Shown in pieces: positions 1 through 11,590 of a stretch of DNA of 64,000 nt. The notes under the pieces were generated by a model. It had not been told where the DNA came from, ran no database searches, and saw only the letters and a program-made list of their open reading frames with translations. The stretch is from Pristiophorus japonicus (Eukaryota), in the NCBI RefSeq assembly GCF_044704955.1, contig NC_091990.1, positions 28,272,001 to 28,336,000 of the forward strand, read 5' to 3'. Position 1 is the stretch's first letter. Each line of letters opens with the position of its first letter. The translations under genes were made by a program, and so were the position numbers.

Positions 1-1106
1 TCAGTCTTGCCTCTTCAGTCATAAATGTTACACTGCCATTGCTGAAGACCTTTGGTAAATGCTTGGTCTACATTGCAGAAAAATACATGAACTAATAAAA
101 TGATTATAAAGTTGCTGGTTACCACCTGTCACTTATTTGCTTGAAGTACAAGGGGTGCAGCACGGAGAGCTGGGGGTCAAGTGCGTACTTGATATTTGAG
201 TTCTGCACAGGTTGAGCATCCTCAGAAGAGGAAAAAATGATTTGATCACAATCTCACTTCATCATGGGCAGATTAGCCTGACCCTTACCCCAGGGAACAT
301 CTATTCTCCGGGCACAAAGATTATAAAAGGGTTTAAAGCCAATTACGCCAAGCATCCACCTCCTTTAGACTGCCCTGGGATTTCCTGGGATTGCTCCAAA
401 GGCGGAGTAGGACCTGTGCCAGCAAGAGGCGCAGTCACTGTGCTCACTCAAATGAGGTGGAAGGGACATTCCTGGCCTCCTACTGGATAGATCTCCCTTT
501 GCAACCCAGAGGCATCCAGATGTAGAGGTACCCCAAGAAGCTGATGGTGGGCCCTGTGTTCTGTACCCAATTGGGTCAGTGGGTGTGAGGGGACATGGCA
601 GTAAAGCAAAGAGAAACCAAAAGGTATCTGAAAGTTTTTTTTTAAACTACGACTTATTAGATCGTCTGCCATTCAGGCAACTGTTCTCCAACTGACATTT
701 CCTGAATCAAGGCCCGGTAAGGAGTACTAGGGCTGTGACCGGACCATATTCAAATGGAGCTCGAACTTCAGAGAGGGGGCCCGGTAAATCAGCCTCGAGT
801 GCTATTGTGAGGCATCATAAAACTAAATGTTCCAATACAGTGAATCTCCTCCAAATTTTATCCAGTGATTCAGGCAATTTGAGAAATGTTCCAACAGCAC
901 GAGATTAAATAATGGGCTATATTAGCTCGATCCCACAGTGTGCCTAATAAAACTTAATGAGAAGAAGTTTACAGTACATGGCCTGTTACCCGTTCACTGT
1001 GAATAGAGGGAGAGGATGAATCCCAGGCTACATTGCCGTAGCATGAGTCAGCAACTTCAGGTAAGATGGGGAACTAAGATAAGAGAAATATGTTCAGTAT
1101 ATTTAC

Positions 1107-1460
1107 CTGCAAATTTGACAGAGACTACTCCTTTCTCATGTCCAATTGTAGTACTGACATAACACTGGTACAGTCCAGTGTCCTCTGGTCTTACTGCTTC
1201 CAATTTCAGTGAAGCATTTCCATTTTGAAACTCCTGTGGGAATAGACTTGTTCTGCCTGAATATTGAGGATGCTGCTTGCTGAGCTGGTCTTCTCCATAA
1301 TAATAACTGTGGACAACCTCATCGGTCTCGACACGCTGCCAGGTGACAATGAGATTCTCCACAGTTGGTCCTCTAGTCACAGTGAAACTGCATCCTAGCA
1401 CAGCAATTTGGCCATGGATAGCTGTCACTGGTCCCTTAATCATCCTGACTTCAAATCCTT
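1107..1460 (-). CDS. B7/butyrophilin-family (CD276/HHLA2/VTCN1-like) IgV-domain exon
   Basis: Acceptor ...taactcacag| at 1461 and donor GCAG|gtaaat at 1106; phase 1-1 exon of 354 nt. Translation GFEVRMIKGPVTAIHGQIAVLGCSF...TWQRVETDEVVHSYYYGEDQL...YSGRTSLF...GNASLKL...EDTGLYQCYVS has canonical B7-type IgV motifs. Confidence 0.92.
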
Positions 1461-1751
1461 CTGTGAGTTAAAAGGAGGAAGAATAAAATGTTAGAAATGT
1501 GGTAAAAAAAACCCACAGAAAATGCTAATAGAATCCTCAGCAGGTCAGTCAATATCTGTGCTCAGAAATGCTCACAGTACTCCCGGTGTGGTCTAAGCAG
1601 GTCTCTGTATAGCTGCAGCTTAACTTCGACCATCTTGTATTCTAGTCTTCTAGATATAAAGGCCAGCACTCCATTAGCCTTTTGATTATTTTTTTCGAAC
1701 TGTTCATGGTATTTTAATAATCTATGTACCTGCTCCAATTAGTTTGCAAAA

Positions 1752-2125
1752 GAATGACTTACATTTATTTAGTGCCTTTCATGAACACCAGACATTTCAA
1801 AGCACTTGAGAGCCAGTAAGTACTTGGAGTGTAGTCACTATTGTAATGTGGGAAATGCAGCAGCCAATTTGCACACAGCAAGCTCCCACAAACACCAACG
1901 TGATAATGGCCAGAAAAACAGTTTGTTTTATGTCGATTGAGGGTTAAATATTGGCCAGGACATCGGGGATAACTCCCGTGCCTTCCTTTAAAATTGTGCC
2001 ATGAGATCTTTTAAATCAACCTGAGAGAGCAGACAGGGCCTCAGTTTAAACATCTCTCCCATAGTGCAGCACGCGCTCAGCACTGTAGTGTCAGCCTAGA
2101 TTTATGTGCTCAAGCCTCTGGAGTG
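1752..2125 (-). mobile_element. SINE, SacSINE1/DeuSINE-like
   Basis: tRNA-like head (gtgggacttgaacccac, gctacccactgagcca on plus) and tail ttacatttatttagtgcctttc; homologous to the copies at 3433, 4780, 5290 and 33115. Confidence 0.7.
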
Positions 2126-2561
2126 GGACTTGAACCCACACCTTCAGACGACAAAGGCAAGCATGCTACCCACTGAGCCACAGCTGTAGATACTGCTGAT
2201 GTTCTGATGGAGGATTTATTCACCAATGATGTAAAACTACTTATCCTAACTCATTCCAAACAACCAGCCTCACAAAATTCAAACAGGTCAAACCTGCAAG
2301 TAAGAAATGAGAATGGCTAAAGAACGCAGTGGACTGCATCGTGAATGGTTAGAGGTGAATAAGGTTTAACGGGCCATAATTCACACCCTGTGTTTACCCA
2401 CAGGACCAATCACCTCCTCGATTGTTTGGTTATAAATGAAAAACTGATTTTAAAGCTGCCAGTTATAAAAATAATAATTCTGTACAAATATTGAACCGTA
2501 ACAAAAAACAAATGCAGAACATCACATTGAATTCCTTGAAATTAAGTTAGTTATGACTTAC

Positions 2562-2619
2562 GACCAACTATGAGTTGTCCCCACAGCACAAGAATATGGA
2601 ACTGAGATTTCAATCTCAT
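2562..2619 (-). CDS. Signal-peptide (first coding) exon of the B7-family gene: MRLKSQFHILVLWGQLIVG
   Basis: Polypyrimidine acceptor tttctttcttttaag| (exon starts 2630), ATG at 2619 and donor GGTC|gtaagt at 2561. Phase 1 joins in frame to the IgV exon (C+AA=Gln). The 19-aa leader is hydrophobic. Confidence 0.85.
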
Positions 2620-3189
2620 CACTCTCTCTCCTTAAAAGAAAGAAATACAAGATATGTAAATAAACATGGTCATTATTAAATGAATTACTATACATCAATA
2701 AACAAGAATTTGCCCACGTGGTCATTCTACATGTGCGAGCCCAGAGAGTGAATGTTGGCCGGCTATTCGACAACGGAAGGCACCACAGCCTAGTCTGACA
2801 CTGCCCTCACTCGCTGCTCAGAAGGCAAACTCTCAGCAAGTTATTGTGGAGCGATCAGGGCAGGCTGGATCATTTAACAGGGAGAAGTTTTACATCTACA
2901 ATGCAGTAACAAATAGTCACACTTGCAGGTGTTGGATGTGCCGGTGGGGAAGGGGCGGCTTCAACCAGCGCCATTTGCCCATTCAGCCCCGGCCCACTGG
3001 GGGCTGGAGAGATCGCTGACGGCGCTCGCAGAGCCCGGGACCTGGCCGCAACTTTGAAACTTGTGTCGGGGCCACCGGGCTATTCCCGACAAGCGGCCGC
3101 TCCCACTCTGGCACCTCTCAATGTACCGGGAGACCGGGGGACCGGGGGACACAACAAGGCTGGGGAAGACTCTCCTCTCCTCTCCTCTC

Positions 3190-3355
3190 CTCTCACTCAC
3201 TCACTCACTCACTCACTCGCCTCGGAACACCGCCCTGCATGAAACCACAAAGCTGCAATGAGGGAATCACGGCCAAAGCTGTATTTATGGCCTCTCTTGA
3301 CGCAAGCATTCCAATAAAACGGAAATGACATTTCCCTGACAACGGGAACCACAGC
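3190..3355 (-). promoter_or_regulatory. Candidate promoter and non-coding first exon of the B7-family gene
   Basis: Cluster of RUNX-like TGTGGTT (3347-3353), kB-like GGGAAATGTC (3327-3336), CCAAT (3311-3315), CRE-like TGACGCA (3298-3304) and TATA-like CATAAATA (3282-3289). It is followed by gtgagt donor candidates in the (CACT)n tract (~3192-3218) and a GC-rich segment (2940-3240). Confidence 0.45.
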
Positions 3356-3432
3356 AAACTTAACAAATAAAGCAAAGCTAATAATTACACGGAGGAAAAG
3401 GTTGGAAGTCATAAAGAAAAAAATGAAAAGAG

Positions 3433-3770
3433 ATGAATACTTGCAGTTACATAACGCCTTACCAAATACCAAACGACCCAAAGAGTTTCACAGCCAGCCA
3501 ATTTTGTGCACAGCAAGATCCCACAAATAGTAACGGGGTAATGATCAGAATCTGTTTCAGTGATGTTGATTGAGGGTTAAATATTGGCCAGGACACCGGG
3601 GATAACGCCCATCCCCACTCTGCTTTGAAATAGTGACATGCGATCTTTCACGTCCGCCTGAGAGTGTAGGCGGAAACTCGGTTGGCACCTCTGACAGTGC
3701 AGCACTCCCTCAGTACCGCACTGGATTGTCAACCTAGATTTTTGTGCTCAAGTTTCTGGAGTGGGACTTA
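3433..3770 (-). mobile_element. SINE, same family as 1752-2125
   Basis: Shares gattgagggttaaatattggccaggaca and ctggagtgggactt with the 1752 copy. Confidence 0.7.
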
Positions 3771-3789
3771 GATCGGGAGGGCGGGGGTG

Positions 3790-4605
3790 GGGGGGGTGAA
3801 ATTAATTACTGCCCCGTTTAGGGGGCGTGAAACTTTGCGGCAGGTGCGCAGGTCCCGCCCGGTTTCCGCCCCGCCCCCGGAGGGAAGTGGAGCGTGTGAT
3901 TTGGGGCAGTAACGGGGCCGAGCGGCTCAACAGCACAACGCAGTCCGAGAGGCTCCTCCCTCAATTAAAGGGAAAGGCCCACGCTGCCGACTCTGCAGAA
4001 GAAGGTGGCACTTACGTGGATCGCCAGGGACCAAGTGCCAGACTGTGCGATCGCGGCCACAGTCCCGCGTCGAAACCACATCAGGAATGGCAACGAAAAG
4101 GTGATTTTTGTTTCAGCACTCGGCCATCTCCCCTTTAATCTTCGCCCCGGTAGCGGCCGGCCGGCCGATACGTGTCCTCTGAAGCTGACGCTGTTATCGC
4201 CCCGATCTGCTTCAGCGGGCGGAAGCCATTTTCGGGACCGGGTCGCTAACAGGCCGGTGCCCACGCCAATGATGTCACGATCTCCGGGCACGGGAGATCG
4301 GGGAGCACCGTAGCATTGCCGCTACCTCCTGCCCAAGGTGGCGGGTCTTGTTGCCAGCGGATTCCCCGCTCAGGCCTGAGTTAAAATTACCGTCGGGCTT
4401 CAATTATGTCATCGGGCCGCAACATGCATGTGTAAAGCGGGACCCTGTTGGTTCCGGGCGCCTGTCCTTGCTGCCTGCTCAGGAGAGCAGGTTAAAATTG
4501 CAGATGTTGCGATCATGGCAGCTTTCAGACAGGTAAGAGCCAGGACAACTTTAAGTGCCCACCCGCCAGGTGTCTGCTGTGCGAATATGGTTAAAATCGC
4601 CCCCA
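3790..4605. mobile_element. GC-rich non-autonomous DNA element (MITE, possibly Harbinger-derived)
   Basis: Imperfect terminal inverted repeats ggggtgaaatt ... aaaatcgcccc; CpG-rich; no credible ORF. Confidence 0.4.
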
Positions 4606-4779
4606 ATATATTTGAAGACTATGTTATAATCAATATAGCTGCTGAATGAGTTACAAGGAGATCTCCTGTAAAATCACAGGGGGATGAAGGAAAAAGTTAT
4701 TATTTTTTATCTTGTGTCTTCATATCTTCACTTGCTAGCTCCTTCTGTTTCATGACTACCTTGTGAGTTTTTTTGAGTG

Positions 4780-5610
4780 GGCTTGAGCCCCACTCAGAGA
4801 TTTGAACCCATAATCGAATCAGACATTTCAGTGTCGCACTGAAGGAATGCTACAATGTTGAAAGTGCTGTCATTCAGGTGCCTTGTTAGATTGACGCTCA
4901 ATCTGCCCTCTCAGGTGAATGTCAAAGATTCCATGGCACAATTAAAAAAAGAGCAGGGAAGTTCTCCTGGTGGCAACTTTTCTCTCACAAGTAACACCAC
5001 AAAAAATATTCGCTGGCCATTTTTCTCACTGCTGTTTGTGGGACTTTGCCTCATGCAGACTGGCTGTTGCATTTGCCTCCACTATAAGAATGACTGTACT
5101 TCAAAAGTACTTCATTGGCTGGGAAGCTCTTTGCAATGTCCTGAAGGTATGAAAGGCACTATATCAATGCAAGGTCTTTCTTTCTTTGCTGCACCCTCAG
5201 CTTGGCTCGGAGTCAGCTGATTGTGGGCCATACCTGGCTATACCCTTAAACTATATAATCCAGACTGAAAATTACTAAAACATGACATTGTAGTAACTGC
5301 TGACTTGTGGATGAGATGTTAAATCAACGCCATGTCTCCTGCTCTGACAGATGGAAAAGATTCAACGGTAATATTTGAAGAAGAGCAGGGAGTTCACCTG
5401 GTACCCTGGCCAACGTTCCTGTCTCAACCAACAACACCAAGATCAGGTTATCTGGCCATTCATTCATTTCACGAGTGGGACATTGCTGTACACAAATCAG
5501 CTGCAGAACAACAGTGACTGCACTTCTAACAGTAAACCATTGGCAGTGAGGCACTTTGGTAACATCTTGAGCGTAGGATAAGCTGTTGTATAAAGGCAAG
5601 TTCTTTCTCT
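4780..5610 (+). mobile_element. Two SacSINE1/DeuSINE-like copies (about 4780-5185 and 5290-5610)
   Basis: Reverse-complement similarity to the 1752 copy (gaagagcaggggagtt, ...ataaaggcaagttctttc tail). Confidence 0.6.
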
Positions 5611-5684
5611 CTCTTGGTTTCTCTCCTGACTTCTGCAAGGCAGTCGCTGCTCCTGGTTGTATTTCATTCTAGCAGCCTTTATAG

Positions 5685-6070
5685 TCATCATCATCATCAG
5701 TGGCCCCTCGAACGAGGATGACTTATTTCCACATGAGTTCACAGATGTTTCATTGAAGGACCCGAGGTTCCAGCCCTGAACTTCAGTCGAGGGGGTGGAA
5801 GATGCCTGTGCGTGGATTTTTTTTAACGTGTGGTGACCGTTGCACCTCAGCCACCACACGGGCTTGACAGAGCTAGGCCCTTACCAGTGGCAAGGTTTAA
5901 CCAGGACGACTGGAGACCGGCTCTGCTGCTCGGACCTAGCCCGCGCACCTATCATAGTGTGGGCTGGCCCATGCTGCCCCTGGGCCCTCGGCTCTTCTGG
6001 GCTCCGAACCCTCATTCGCTGCACCTCCGCCAAGATCTCTTGCCGTACCTTCACCACGATCTCCCGTCGC
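5685..6070 (-). mobile_element. Non-autonomous element with RTE-type 3' tail ((CAT)n + cctcg..gaggatgactt)
   Basis: Same sequence family as 20861-21945, 27755-27860 and 60795-60915; its tail resembles the RTE 3' end at 46860-46893. Confidence 0.65.
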
Positions 6071-6394
6071 ACCTCTGCATTTATACCATGCGAGTCCTGA
6101 TCATACAAACGAGTCTGAAGTAGCTGGCTGGGACCCAAAGATAAAGCTGACACATTCACCAAGGCCATAAGGACCCAATAAAAAAAACAGGTCTAAACCA
6201 CTGACCTAGGTAAATTCAGGTAATTTGATTGCAGCTGGCCTCATGAAGTCTGTACGCTGGGAACTGGCACGTGTTGCTTGTGTCACACAGAGTATAAAGG
6301 CTTGCTTGATTAGTTATTGTGTTTTCCATTGTCTCAGTTTTAAAGGCAGCTGTTTGCATCATTCCTGACAGCAGGTAGGTTTCCTTTACAATCG

Positions 6395-9140
6395 AGAAGC
6401 TGGGGTTGTTCTCCTTAGAGCAGGGAAGGCTAACAGGAGATTTAATTGAAGTGTTTAAAATCATGAAGGGTTTAGATAGTAAATATTAAGAAAGTGGATT
6501 ATTTTGGCCAAAAGGTGACAACAGGCTCTAAATGGGTGCTGTGCTAATAAGACATGCCTGTTTGAAAGTTTGGATTTAGCATGCAATTTTGAGGCTAATT
6601 GATGATTATCATGATTTGAATGTGCCCGCAGACTCGAACCAGAAACCTGCAGGTTTGGCACTCAAGTGCTGATTGGAAACAATTTTCCTGGAGCAGAAGA
6701 TGTGGGCTCCTTGCCTTCTCCTGGTGACTCCTATATGGTGTCCAATAAGGTGAAGTAGCACAGCACTCGCTCTTTTTAGGGCAAGTCCTGGAATTTCTGG
6801 AATAAATTTTGCTCGAGTGTTGGTGAAGTCTTGACAATGTGTCCTCGAAAGTCTCCCGATGTGTTTCTGTGCCTCTTCTCAACTCGAGCAGCAACTATCA
6901 TGAAATAGTGAGTAACCCTTTCAGTAGTCTGGGAAATAAACATCAATGTCGTGTTTACTTCAAATAGCTGGTTGCTAGGAGAGGGTGTTGGATGGAGCTC
7001 TAGCCACCAAAATACTGTGCAGCCTCTTTAATGAGTGCTAGCAGGCGGTTCATGTGGCAATCAGCTGTTTAATAAGCCTTCAGGTGGCCATTCCTAGCGC
7101 TGGGTTCAACTCCTTTACCAATATGGCATCTTGTGCTAAACACGGGCGAAACACGGACTAAACATGCGTTAAACAAGCGTTTCAGCTTAAGACCCCATCT
7201 TGGCCATGTCTTTACCTCATTAACACCTAAATTATTTCTGAAAATTGCCCCAAAACTGTTTCCAATGACTAAAGCAGCGATAACCACAGGACACATATTT
7301 AAGATGATTGGCAAAAGAACCAGAAGCGACATGAGGAAAAACTTCTTTATGCAGCCAGTGGTTAGGATTTGGAATGCACTGTTTGATAGGGTGGTGTATA
7401 CAGATTTAATCGCAGCCTTCAAAAGTAAGTTGGATAAATACTTAAACATAGAAACATAGAAACATAGAAAATAGGTGCAGGAGTAGGCCATTCGGCCCTT
7501 CGAGCCTGCACCGCCATTCAATGAGTTCATGGCTGAACATGGAACTTCAGTACCCCATTCCTGCTTTCTCGCCATACGCCTTGACCCCCCTAGTAGTAAG
7601 GACTACATCTAACTCCTTTTTGAATATATTTAGTGAATTGGCCTCAACAACTTTCTGTGGTAGAGAATTCCACAGGTTCACCACTCTCTGGGTGAAGAAA
7701 TTTCTCCTCATCTCGGTCCTAAATGGCTTACCCCTTATCCTTAGACTGTGACCCCTGGTTCTGGACTTCCCCGACATTGGGAACATTCTTCCTGCATCTA
7801 ACCTGTCTAAACCCGTCAGAATTTTAAACGTTTCTATGAGATCCCCTCTCATTCTTCTGAACTCCAGTGAATACAAGCCCCAGTTGATCCAATCTTTCTT
7901 GATATGTCAGTCCCACCATCCCAGGAATCAGTCTGGTGAACCTTCGCTGCACTCCCTCAATAGCAAGAATGTCCTTCCTCAAGTTAGGAGATCAAAACTG
8001 TACACAATACTCCAGGTGTGGCCTCACCAAGGCCCTGTACAACTGTAGTAACATCTCCTTGCCCCTGTATCAAATCCCCTCGCTATGAAGGCCAACATGC
8101 CATTTGCTTTCTTAACCGCCTGCTGTACCTGCATGCCAACCTTCAATGACTGATGTACCATGACACCCAGGTCTCGTTGCACCTCCCCTTTTCCTAATCT
8201 GTCACCATTCAGATAATAGTCTGGCTCTCTGTTTTTACCACCAAAGTGGATAACCTCACATTTATCCACATTATACTTCATCTGCCAAGCATTTGCCCAC
8301 TCACCTAACCTATCCAAGTCACTCTGCAGCCTCATAGCATCCTCCTCGCAGCTCATACTGCCACCCAACTTAGTGTCATCCACAAATTTGGAGATACTAC
8401 ATTTAATCCCCTCGTCTAAATTATTAATGTACAATGTAAACAGCTGGGGCCCCAGCACAGAACCTTGCGGTACCCCACTAGTCACTGCCTGCCATTCTGA
8501 AAAGTACCCATTTACTCCTACTCTTTGCTTCCTGTCTGACAAGGAGTTCTCAATCCATGTCAGCACACTACCCTCAATCCCATGTGCTTTAACTTTGCAC
8601 ATTAATCTCTTGTGTGGGACTTTGTCGAAAGCCTTCTGAAAGTCCAAATACACCACATCAACTGGTTCTCCCTTGTCCACTCTACTGGAAACATCCTCAA
8701 AAAATTCCAGAAGATTTGTCAAGCATGATTTCCCTTTCACAATTCCATGCTGACTTGGACCTATCATGTCACCTCTTTCCAAATGCGCTGCTATGACATC
8801 CTTAATAATTGATTCCATCATTTTACCCACTACCGATGTCAGGCTGACTGGTCTATAATTCCCTGTTTTCTCTCTCCCTCCTTTTTTTAAAAAGTGGGGT
8901 TACATTGGCTACCCTCCACTCCATAGGAACTGATCCAGAGTCTATGGAATGTTGGAAAATGACTGTCAATGCATCCACTATTTCCAAGGCCACCTTCTTG
9001 AATGAGAAATAATTGCAGGGATATGGGGAAAGAGTGGGGCAGTGGGGCTAACTGGATTGCTCTTCGAAAGAGCTGCCGCAGGCACAATGGGCTGAATAGC
9101 CTCCTTCTGTGCCGTACTGTTCAATGATTCTATATGATTC
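6395..9140 (+). mobile_element. Old CR1 3' fragment in three pieces (about 6395-6495, 7253-7444, 8998-9140)
   Basis: Collinear CR1 ORF2 C-terminus (LGLFSLEQ..; GHIFKMIGKRTRSDMRKNFF..) and 3'UTR, interrupted by an unclassified ~750-bp insert and by a young CR1. Confidence 0.65.
7445..8997 (-). mobile_element. Young CR1 LINE, 5'-truncated and frameshifted
   Basis: ORFs 8024-8830 (RT: YLDFQKAFDKVPH, GVPQGSVLGP) and 7547-7876; (CATAGAAA)n tail at 7447. Confidence 0.95.
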
Positions 9141-9167
9141 TAATATAGATGCCATTGAATATATTTA

Positions 9168-9375
9168 TCATCATCATCATAGGCAGTCCCTCGGAATCGA
9201 GGAAGACTTGCTTCCACTCTAAAAATGAGTCCTTAGGTGGCTGAACAGTCCAATACGAGAACCTGTCACAGGTGGGACAGATAGTCTTTGAGGGAAAGGC
9301 TAGGTGGGACTGGTTTGACGCACGCTCTTTTCACTGCCTGCGCTTGGTTTCTGCATGCTCTCGGTGATGAGAATA
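9168..9375 (-). mobile_element. RTE LINE 3' fragment
   Basis: (CAT)n + aggcagtccctcggaatcgaggaagacttgcttccac is the reverse complement of the RTE 3' end seen at 45240-45281. Confidence 0.8.
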
Positions 9376-10179
9376 TAATTAAGGTGGTCATTGAATATAT
9401 TTAAGGTGGAGATAGACAGACTTCTGAACGATAAGGGAGTCAAAGGTTATGGGGAACGGGCAGGGAAGTTGAGTTGAGGCCAAGATCAGATCAGCCATTG
9501 AATAACGGAGCAGGCTCGAGGGGCCAAATGGCTTACTCCTGTTCCTATTTCTTATTTTCTTATGCCAATGGCAGCCCCAATTTGAAGCCACAGTGTGGTA
9601 AATCAAGCAGGGTGGTGCCTCCAGAGCTGCCAAATCTTAACTAACGAGGTGGTTTTCATCGGCATTGATGCAGACATTCTGCTTTATTGTACAGCACAAG
9701 AACAACAGAAATACAACTGCATATGCAAGGCCAGAAAGTACACCGACCTCTGACTCCAGATGCATTGTTTTTATTCCTGTCAGACACATCATGATCTCCA
9801 GAGCCATAAGAACTACGGCTGGGATTCTCCTTTGCTTTTGTCGTATTCGTTGGGATTGCAGCATGGAGTGATGAGAAATTCAGATAGTCAGGCCAACCAC
9901 TGTCTCACCGCCCAACTGGCATTGCACCTCCCTACTCCTTGTTTGCTGCTCACATCACTGGCCATTCATTGTCCTCGCAGCACGGGAGCCTCCTTGCATC
10001 GACCTGATTATGGCCGGTTCCCAGGGCAGTCCGTGGGGAATGACAGTAATGGCCTCCAGGGTCCCTTATGGAAGAAGAAAGCATTGCCGGCAATTCCCTT
10101 GGGGCTGATGGCGGATTCATTCAGCATAGAAAATCCTGCTGTGCATATTTGATGAAAACATATTCGGCAAAACACGAAG

Positions 10180-10952
10180 GCAGAATATTATCTGAATGGC
10201 GGCAGACTAGGAAAAGGGGAGGTGCAACAAGACCTGGGTGTCATGGTTCATCAGTCACTGAAAGTGGGCAGGCAGGTACAGCAGGCGATAAAGAAGGCAA
10301 ATGGTATGTTGGCCTTCATAGCTAGGGGATTTGAATATAGAAGCAGGGAGGTCTTAATGCAGTTGTACAGGGCCTTAGTGAGGCCTCACCTGGAATATTG
10401 TGTTCAGTTTTGGTCTCCTAGTCTGAGGAAGGACATTCTTGCTATTGAGGGAGGGCGAAGGCTCACCAGACTGATTCCAGGGATGGCTGGGCTGTCATAT
10501 GAGGAGAGACTGGATCAACTGGGCCTTTATTCACTGGAGTTTAGAAGGATGAGCGGGGGTCTCAGAGAAACATATAAGATTCTGACGGGACTGGACAGGT
10601 TAGATGCGGGAAGAATGTTCTCGATGTTGGGGAAGTCCAGAACCAGGGGACATAGAATTAGGATAAGGGGTAGTAAGGGTTAGGCCATTCAGGACTGAGA
10701 TGAGGAGAATTTTCTTCACTCGGAGAGTTGTTAACCTGTGGAATACCCTGCCACAGAGAGTTGTTGATGCCAGTGCACTGGATATATTCAAGATGGAGTT
10801 ACGGTTAAGGGGATCAAGGGGTATGGAGAGAAAGCAGGAAATGGGGTACTGAAGGAATGATCAGCCATGATCTTATTGAATGCGGCGCAGGCTCGAAGGG
10901 CCGAATGGCCTACTCCTGCACATATTTTCTATGTTTCTATGTTTCTATGTTT
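10180..10952 (+). mobile_element. CR1 3' fragment (related subfamily)
   Basis: ORF 10222-10683 is the CR1 ORF2 C-terminus (LVRPHLEYCVQFWSP); (TTTCTATG)n tail. Confidence 0.92.
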
Positions 10953-11590
10953 CTATCCACGACCCATAGGATAAACCAGGCTTACATTTTTAACTTGTTT
11001 TTTGCTTTATTTTTGAAACAGGGAGCTTGTTGTCTAGGAGCTGTGTCCCGATGTTTGTGCTGGTGGGAACAATCTGATTCGGGGTACAGAAAACAGAATT
11101 TAACAAAATAAAACATTCACAGGCAGCAGGCGTCCAGAATCCAAATTAAAAGAAAAAAGTGCCACTGTTTACAACAGGTATCCTAACCTGTGTTTCTATT
11201 CTTAGGGTCCATTAATTCTGCTTCCTAAGGAAATTGCCTAGTATCTAGGAGCAAGTCTGAACCAGCTCTCTGACTATTTCATTCCAACATCTGCACTAAA
11301 TAAGTATCATCACATCAGAGAACATGAGTTAGAGCAGGGAGTTTACACAGCAATGTAAATTGGACAGAAAGGGAACCTGATAATATTTTAGAATATACAA
11401 GAAAAATGCTGTTTTTTGTGCTTTCAGTAAATTTACTTACACATGTATCATTATGAATTGTTAGCACCACTCAATTCAAATGTCATCTTTCCTTCTACTT
11501 CCTATGCGACTCCCATCTGTTTGGGGCCAAAATATTAATATGAGGGGTTTAAGAAAGCGGCAGCGATGTGATGCCTGAGGGCTTTGCAAC

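Noticed and set aside
1-67. Possible next exon of the B7-like gene (acceptor aatgtag| at 68, minus strand)
   Set aside because: In phase 1 it reads DQAFTKGLQQWQCNIYD* with no IgC signature; unsupported without transcripts.
3298-3315. MHC-type SXY module (TGACGCA + CCAAT)
   Set aside because: Order and spacing do not fit X1-X2-Y, and no X1 box was seen.
3790-4605. CpG-island promoter or coding gene
   Set aside because: Overlapping ORFs show no recognisable domain, and the termini look like MITE inverted repeats.
9570-10150. Possible third Harbinger remnant (RFPG-like motif near 10015)
   Set aside because: Too degenerate to support by eye.
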